DNA of 64,000 nt from Alphaproteobacteria bacterium (lineage in GTDB: Bacteria > Pseudomonadota > Alphaproteobacteria > Reyranellales > Reyranellaceae), in NCBI GenBank assembly GCA_947474005.1, contig CANJHI010000007.1:4070-68069 (forward strand). Direction: 5' to 3'. This document shows positions 59,112 to 64,000 of the stretch, in pieces. A program made the position numbers and the translations under genes. The first letter of the stretch is position 1, and the number at the start of each line of letters is the position of its first letter. Under the pieces are notes generated by a model that saw only the letters and a program-made list of their open reading frames with translations, was not told where the DNA came from and ran no database searches.

Positions 59112-60530
59112 TCACGCATTGTGACGGCCTGCCCCGGTGCGCGCCGCAGCCCAGGGGCGCGCTCCACGCGTCGGTGTGGCGCCGGTCGCTGCCCGGAAGA
59201 TCGCCTCCGCCGTCTGTTCGCCCGACCAGAGAGCGGCATGCACCGTGCCGTATTCGACCGGTTCGGTCGCCTCGCCGGCAAAGAAGACACGGCCGCCGAG
59301 CGGTCGCGCGAAGCTGGTGCCGTCGTCTGGATCGCTGCCGACCCCCGGATAGGAGTAGCCGCCGCGTGACCAGGGATCGCTCAGCCAGCGCGGAAAGACC
59401 ATCGCTTCAGGTTCGGGAATGTCGTTGCCGAACATGGCCCGCAGCGACTTCATCGCCACGGCCGTCACTTCCGCGTCGGACGCGTCGCGGTCGAGATGGA
59501 TCGCCGTCGCCCCGTTGCAGAAGCTCAACAGAATGGGCAGGCCGGTCTCCTGCTCATGGCTCACCCAGGTGTTGAAGGTGCCGCGCCGGTCGGGCGCATC
59601 GGGCAAACGTCCGAACCATTTCGGCTGCTCGGGCCAGAAGCGCCGCGGAAAGCGCAGGTAGAGTTTACCAAGGATACCGCCGCCATACCCCAGGCGATCG
59701 AGTGCGGCCTGCTGCGCCGGCGGCAGCGGCGGATCGAAGACCGGCAGTCCGGCACGCAACAGCCCCACGGGCACCGCGATCAGCGCCCGGTCTGCTTCGA
59801 TCCGCTCCCCGCCTTGCAGCATCGCGGTCACGCCAGAGCCAGTCCAGACGACACGCTCGACCGCAACGTCGTGGCGAACATCCACCCCCTGCGCTGCATC
59901 GGCGATCAAAGGATGAAAGCCACCCTTGGGCTGCGCATTGCGGTCGAGCCCCTCGGTCGGGAACCATTCCTCTGCCGCCACCTTGTCCCAGGGCGCGCTC
60001 TGCACGCCCTCGCTCATCTCGATGAAGGTCGCCACCACCAGCCGATCGACTTCGGGCAGCCATCGGGCACTCAGCAACGGTTCGATTGCCTGCTTCACCG
60101 AGATCGAGCGCGGGCCGCTCACGCGGGCCATCGCCTTGCTCTTCCAGGTCGCCCATTCGATCGCGGCCTTGAAGGCCATGCGGCCCATCACGGCGCGGCG
60201 ACGCTGGCCCTCGCGCGTCGGCGCCGTCGCGCGCTTGTCGATCAACAGGCGCTCGCCCTGGTTTTCGACCAGCTCGATGCCGAGCTTCTCGCACCACAGC
60301 GTCAGAGGATTGCCTTCGACACCGTGCACCCATGAGCCGCCCAGATCGAGCGGGGCGCCGAGGCGATCGTCCGTCCAGACGCGGCCGCCCGAACGAGCGC
60401 GCGCCTCGAGGACAGTGACGGCAAAGCCCGAATCCTGCAGCAGACGCGCCGCCACCAGGCCCGCCATGCCGGCGCCGACCACCACAACGCGCTCGGGCCG
60501 GCCGCTGCCCATCGACCAGGAGCCGGTCAC
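59112..60530 (-). CDS. Flavin-dependent amine oxidase (MAO/PAO family)
   Basis: VVGAGMAGL, LEARARSGGR, DLGGSWVHG, GKLYL, FAGEAT...GTVHAALWSG; GTGA overlap with the HAD gene (alternative ATG at 60512). Confidence 0.88.
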   Translation of the reverse strand: MTGSWSMGSGRPERVVVVGAGMAGLVAARLLQDSGFAVTVLEARARSGGRVWTDDRLGAPLDLGGSWVHGVEGNPLTLWCEKLGIELVENQGERLLIDKRATAPTREGQRRRAVMGRMAFKAAIEWATWKSKAMARVSGPRSISVKQAIEPLLSARWLPEVDRLVVATFIEMSEGVQSAPWDKVAAEEWFPTEGLDRNAQPKGGFHPLIADAAQGVDVRHDVAVERVVWTGSGVTAMLQGGERIEADRALIAVPVGLLRAGLPVFDPPLPPAQQAALDRLGYGGGILGKLYLRFPRRFWPEQPKWFGRLPDAPDRRGTFNTWVSHEQETGLPILLSFCNGATAIHLDRDASDAEVTAVAMKSLRAMFGNDIPEPEAMVFPRWLSDPWSRGGYSYPGVGSDPDDGTSFARPLGGRVFFAGEATEPVEYGTVHAALWSGEQTAEAIFRAATGATPTRGARPWAAARTGAGRHNA

Positions 60531-61174
60531 AGGGCCACCAGGGCTGGCAGCTTCTTCATGTCGTCGAACCATTCTCCGCCGGCACCCGTCAGCGCATCGC
60601 GATCGGCATAGGGCGCGCCGACGTAGGCGAGCGCCCGCATGCCGGCGGCGCGCGCGGCCTGGATGCCGGGCAGCGAATCCTCGACCACCGTGCACTCGAA
60701 GGGCTGTGCGTTCATGCGAAGCGCCGCATGCAGGAAGAGGTCGGGAAACGGTTTTCCGCGCGGCACTTCGGAGGAGCTGAAGATGCGGCCCTCGAAGCGC
60801 GACCAGAGCCCCGTGATGCCCAGCGACACGCGCATCTTGTCGAGGCCGCCCGAACTCGCCACGCAGGTCGCCGCACCTGCCGCCTCGATGGCATCGATCG
60901 CCTCGGCAACCCCGGGCACCGCCTGGAGCGGCGTGTCGCGAAACGCCTGCATCGTGTCGGCCTGCAGGCGATCGACGAAGTCGTCCGGCAGCTTGCGGCC
61001 GAGCACGCCTTCGACGATCTCGACGCAGGACTTCATCGAGCGGCCCATCAGCCGGCGCATCGTCTCCTCGACACTCCAGTCGAGGCCCTCACGCGCCAGC
61101 GCGCGGGCAAAGCACGTGTTGGAAAGCGGCTCGCTGTCGACCAGCACGCCGTCGCAATCGAAGATGACAAGCAC
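60527..61174 (-). CDS. HAD-IA family hydrolase
   Basis: IFDCDGVLVDSE, VASSG, KPFPDLF, VEDSLPGIQAA. Confidence 0.92.
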   Translation of the reverse strand: MLVIFDCDGVLVDSEPLSNTCFARALAREGLDWSVEETMRRLMGRSMKSCVEIVEGVLGRKLPDDFVDRLQADTMQAFRDTPLQAVPGVAEAIDAIEAAGAATCVASSGGLDKMRVSLGITGLWSRFEGRIFSSSEVPRGKPFPDLFLHAALRMNAQPFECTVVEDSLPGIQAARAAGMRALAYVGAPYADRDALTGAGGEWFDDMKKLPALVAL

Positions 61175-61186
61175 GCCGTGCTTGTA

Positions 61187-62071
61187 TCAGAACGGCTTGT
61201 CGCCCGCGACCGTGACGCGGTTGCCGCTGCGGGTATGCGGCCAGTAGTCCCACATGGCGCGATGCTGGGCGCAGCGATTGTCCCAGAAGGCGATCGAGTT
61301 CTCGCGCCAGCGGAAGCGGCACTGGAACAGCGGGTTCTCCATGTGCTCGTAGAGATAGCGCAGGATGGCGTCACTTTCGTCGCGCGGCACGCCCACCAGC
61401 GCGCGGGTGAAGCCGCGATTGACGTAGATCCCCTTCTTGCCGGTCACCGGATGCGTGCGCACCACCGGATGCTCGGCGCGCGGATAGCGCTCCTTCTCGG
61501 TCACGCCGAAGTTCTTGTAGAGGCCGCGATAGACCGACTCGCCGTCATGGATGGCGGTCATGCCCTCGAGATACTTCTTCATGCGGTCCGACAGCGACTC
61601 GTAGGCGGCATAGGTGCTGGCGAACAGCGTGTCGCCGCCCTTGGGCGGGCACTTCTTGATGTAGAGGATGCTGCCCATCGGCGGCTCGAGGTCGCAACTC
61701 ACGTCGGTGTGCCAGCCCTCGCCGTTGGCGCGCGGTGAATCCTTGTCGGCGTGGATGATCATCAGCTCGGGCTTGCCCGGCTCCGACGGCGCCGCGGGAT
61801 GCGTGTGCAGGTCACCGAACAGGCGGCCGAACGCCATGTGCTGGTCTTGCGTGATGTGCTGGTCGCGGAAGAAGATGACGAGGTTCTCGGCCAGCGCGCG
61901 GTGGATCTCGTCCTGCTGGCGGTTGCTGAGCGGCTTGCTGAGGTCGACGCCGGCAATCTCGGCGCCGATGATCGGCGTCAGCTTGTCGATGGTGATGGTC
62001 TCGTAGGGCGCGCCCTCCTCGGCCGTGTGTCGGTAGCGAGGCCCGGAATTGCTGTTCAAGGATCCTTGCAT
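61187..62071 (-). CDS. TauD/TfdA-family 2-oxoglutarate/Fe(II) dioxygenase
   Basis: LTPIIGAEI, WHTDVS (HxD), GGDTLFAS, HPVVRTHP, FWDNRCAQHRA. Confidence 0.93.
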   Translation of the reverse strand: MQGSLNSNSGPRYRHTAEEGAPYETITIDKLTPIIGAEIAGVDLSKPLSNRQQDEIHRALAENLVIFFRDQHITQDQHMAFGRLFGDLHTHPAAPSEPGKPELMIIHADKDSPRANGEGWHTDVSCDLEPPMGSILYIKKCPPKGGDTLFASTYAAYESLSDRMKKYLEGMTAIHDGESVYRGLYKNFGVTEKERYPRAEHPVVRTHPVTGKKGIYVNRGFTRALVGVPRDESDAILRYLYEHMENPLFQCRFRWRENSIAFWDNRCAQHRAMWDYWPHTRSGNRVTVAGDKPF

Positions 62072-62080
62072 GGCTCTCTC

Positions 62081-63049
62081 CTACTCCACTTTTATATTGG
62101 CACGATGGATGATCTTGCCCCAGCGTTCCTTCTCCGAGCGCGTGAAGGCGGCGAACTCGTCCGGGCTCATGAGCTTGGGCGCGACCCCCATGGCATCGAG
62201 CCGCGCCAGCACCTCCGGCATGGCGGCGACGGCATGGATGTCGGCGTTGATCTTCCGCACGATCTCGCCCGGCGTGCCCTTGGGCACGTAGTAGCCGGTC
62301 CAAGTCGTGAGCAGCACCTCGGGCAGGCCCGCCTCGGCCGCGGTCGGCACGTCGGGCAGCGGCGCATATCGTTCGGTATCGGTCACCAGCAGGCCCTTCA
62401 GCGCGCCGCGATCGATGGCGATCTTGGCGTTGACGGTGTCGATCATCATGAAGGAGAGCAGGCCGCTCTGCAGGTCGGGAATGGCCTGCGGGTTGCTCTT
62501 GTAGCCGACGTAGACCGCCTCGACGCCGGCCGCCATTTTGTAAAGCTCCGACGCCACGCGCGCGGGCAGCGCGCCGGCGCCATAGTTGTTCTTGGCCGGA
62601 TCGGCCTTGAGCTTGGCTGCGAGTTCCGCCGCCGTGTTGATCGGGCTGTTCTTATCGACCAGCAGCACGAAGGGCGAGGTGCCCATGCGCGTGATCGCCT
62701 CGAAATCACCGACCGGATCGTAGGGCAGCTTGTCGTAGATCGCCGGATTGACTGCCTGGGTCATGGCCGAGGTGGCGAAGATGGTGAGTCCGTCGGGCTT
62801 GGCGCGCGCCACCGATTCGGCTGCCGGAATACCGTTGCCGCCGCCGCGGTTGTCGACCACGACCGGCTGACCCCACAGGGCCGACAGCCGCTCGGCATAG
62901 ACGCGGGCGCTGATGTCGGTGGCGGCGCCGGCGGGAAACGGCACGACGACGGTCACGCGACCGGCGGGAAACTTCTGTGCCCGCGCGATCGCCGGCGCCG
63001 CGAAGACCGCCGCGCCGAATGCCACTCCGAACTGTCGCCTGCCGAACAT
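62081..63049 (-). CDS. Bug/TctC substrate-binding protein (Tat signal)
   Basis: MFGRRQF signal; VPFPAGAATD, VDNRGGGNG, TWTGYYVPKGTP. Confidence 0.9.
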   Translation of the reverse strand: MFGRRQFGVAFGAAVFAAPAIARAQKFPAGRVTVVVPFPAGAATDISARVYAERLSALWGQPVVVDNRGGGNGIPAAESVARAKPDGLTIFATSAMTQAVNPAIYDKLPYDPVGDFEAITRMGTSPFVLLVDKNSPINTAAELAAKLKADPAKNNYGAGALPARVASELYKMAAGVEAVYVGYKSNPQAIPDLQSGLLSFMMIDTVNAKIAIDRGALKGLLVTDTERYAPLPDVPTAAEAGLPEVLLTTWTGYYVPKGTPGEIVRKINADIHAVAAMPEVLARLDAMGVAPKLMSPDEFAAFTRSEKERWGKIIHRANIKVE

Positions 63050-63122
63050 GCTTCCTCGTCTTTTCGTCTTGCCAAGAAGATAGGCTCTTTTGCGCCGGGC
63101 CGCCGGGCCTAAGTCGACAGAA

Positions 63123-63135
63123 TCCGTATTACGGA
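63123..63135. promoter_or_regulatory. Palindromic operator between the divergent bug and iclR genes
   Basis: TCCGTA-T-TACGGA perfect palindrome with CG-N5-CG spacing, as in PcaR/PobR-type IclR sites. Confidence 0.6.
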
Positions 63136-63147
63136 ATAGCGTCCGGC

Positions 63148-63876
63148 ATGGCCGCCATCGAGCCCGTCCGCCGCAGCTTCGCGATCCTCGAGGCGCTCAG
63201 TCGACGCCCGCACGGCACGATCGCGACGCTGGCGGAGGAAACCGGGCTGCCGCGCCCGACCGTCGCGCGCCTGCTCAAGACCCTGACCGAGCTGGGCTAT
63301 GCGACGCAGGTGTCCCGCCACATCGGCTATCGCCTGACCGACCGCGTGCTGGGCCTCGCCCAGGGCATCCGCTTCATCGACCATTTCGTCGATGCCGCGG
63401 CGCCGCACATGCAACGCTTCACCCGCAAGCATGGCTGGCCGCTCTATCTCGGCACGATCAGCCACCGCGCCATCACCATCCGCTATTCGACCGCGGCCGA
63501 AAGCCCGATGTCGTTCGAGCGCGCCGCCCTGCAGCGCCGCAGTCCGATCCTGTCGAGCGCGCTCGGCCGCGCCTGGCTCGCCGCCTGTTCGGACGAGGAG
63601 CGCCGCGCCGTCCTGCGCGACCTCGGCGTCCGCCACGACGCGAAGCTCGCCGAAGCCTTCGCCGTCATACGCCGCGACGGCCATGCCTTCACGATCCTGC
63701 CGCGCGCCGGCCGCCTGCAGGGCATCGCCGTGGCGGTCCGCCATCGCGACCGTGTGCTGGGTTGCATCTCGATGCGCTTCATCCGGTCGGCGATGACCGA
63801 AGCCGAGGCCGGCGCCCGCTATGGCGCCCCGCTCACCGCGCTCGCCCGCGCCATCGCCGCCGACGCCGCTACCTGA
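63148..63876 (+). CDS. IclR family regulator (MhpR-like)
   Basis: PVRRSFAILEAL, TGLPRPTVARLLKTL HTH, SALGRAWLA. Confidence 0.92.
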   Translation: MAAIEPVRRSFAILEALSRRPHGTIATLAEETGLPRPTVARLLKTLTELGYATQVSRHIGYRLTDRVLGLAQGIRFIDHFVDAAAPHMQRFTRKHGWPLYLGTISHRAITIRYSTAAESPMSFERAALQRRSPILSSALGRAWLAACSDEERRAVLRDLGVRHDAKLAEAFAVIRRDGHAFTILPRAGRLQGIAVAVRHRDRVLGCISMRFIRSAMTEAEAGARYGAPLTALARAIAADAAT

Positions 63877-63995
63877 CGCTCAAACTCGCCTACATCGAAG
63901 CCTTCCAGCTCGGCATGCGCGGCCACTTGGGCACCTTCAAGAAGTTTCCGGCCAAGAAGGTCATGGGCATCAAGGTGGCGGACAAGCGCGAATAG
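63873..63995 (+). other. 40-codon coding-like segment (gene remnant or CTG/ATG-initiated small ORF)
   Basis: LTLKLAYIEAFQLGMRGHLGTFKKFPAKKVMGIKVADKRE*; 36 of 40 codons end in G/C. Confidence 0.45.
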
Positions 63996-64000
63996 GCGCC

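Overview
A 64-kb stretch of GC-rich alphaproteobacterial core chromosome; gene order and the TRAP/Bug transporter paralogues suggest a Rhodospirillales/Reyranella-like organism (inference). Most genes are on the minus strand. In order: the 3' part of a TRAP dctM; four tandem Tat-exported TakP-type DctP binding proteins; uppP-parC-recO-era-rnc-lepB-acpS-pdxJ-spoT-rpoZ-folK; NYN, UDG, gpx, a YuiH-like molybdoenzyme, an acyl-CoA ligase, TetR and ivd; mgtE-maeB, tRNA-Leu(GAG), lipB; acyP-pccA-pccB with a phosphonopyruvate hydrolase, atp12, asmA and rluC; a DLH-family hydrolase, an L,D-transpeptidase, rarA and degP; a sigma54-driven bug gene; a 6S-like RNA candidate; nrdJ with a LexA box; plsC, a zinc-ribbon gene, hpt, TIGR02302, lysA, argH, tlpA, hbd, etfAB and pduO; and an IclR/Bug/TauD/HAD/amine-oxidase cluster. 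I saw no prophage, transposase, CRISPR array or defence island, and no clearly new system. The most notable leads are the orphan phosphonopyruvate hydrolase inside a housekeeping operon, a 160-nt 6S-like RNA at an atypical locus, probable SOS control of nrdJ, a gene split at a G8 tract, the four-paralogue DctP array with shared promoter and terminator design, and stacked REP/MITE-like palindromes. Family assignments come from motif recognition only; no database search was run.
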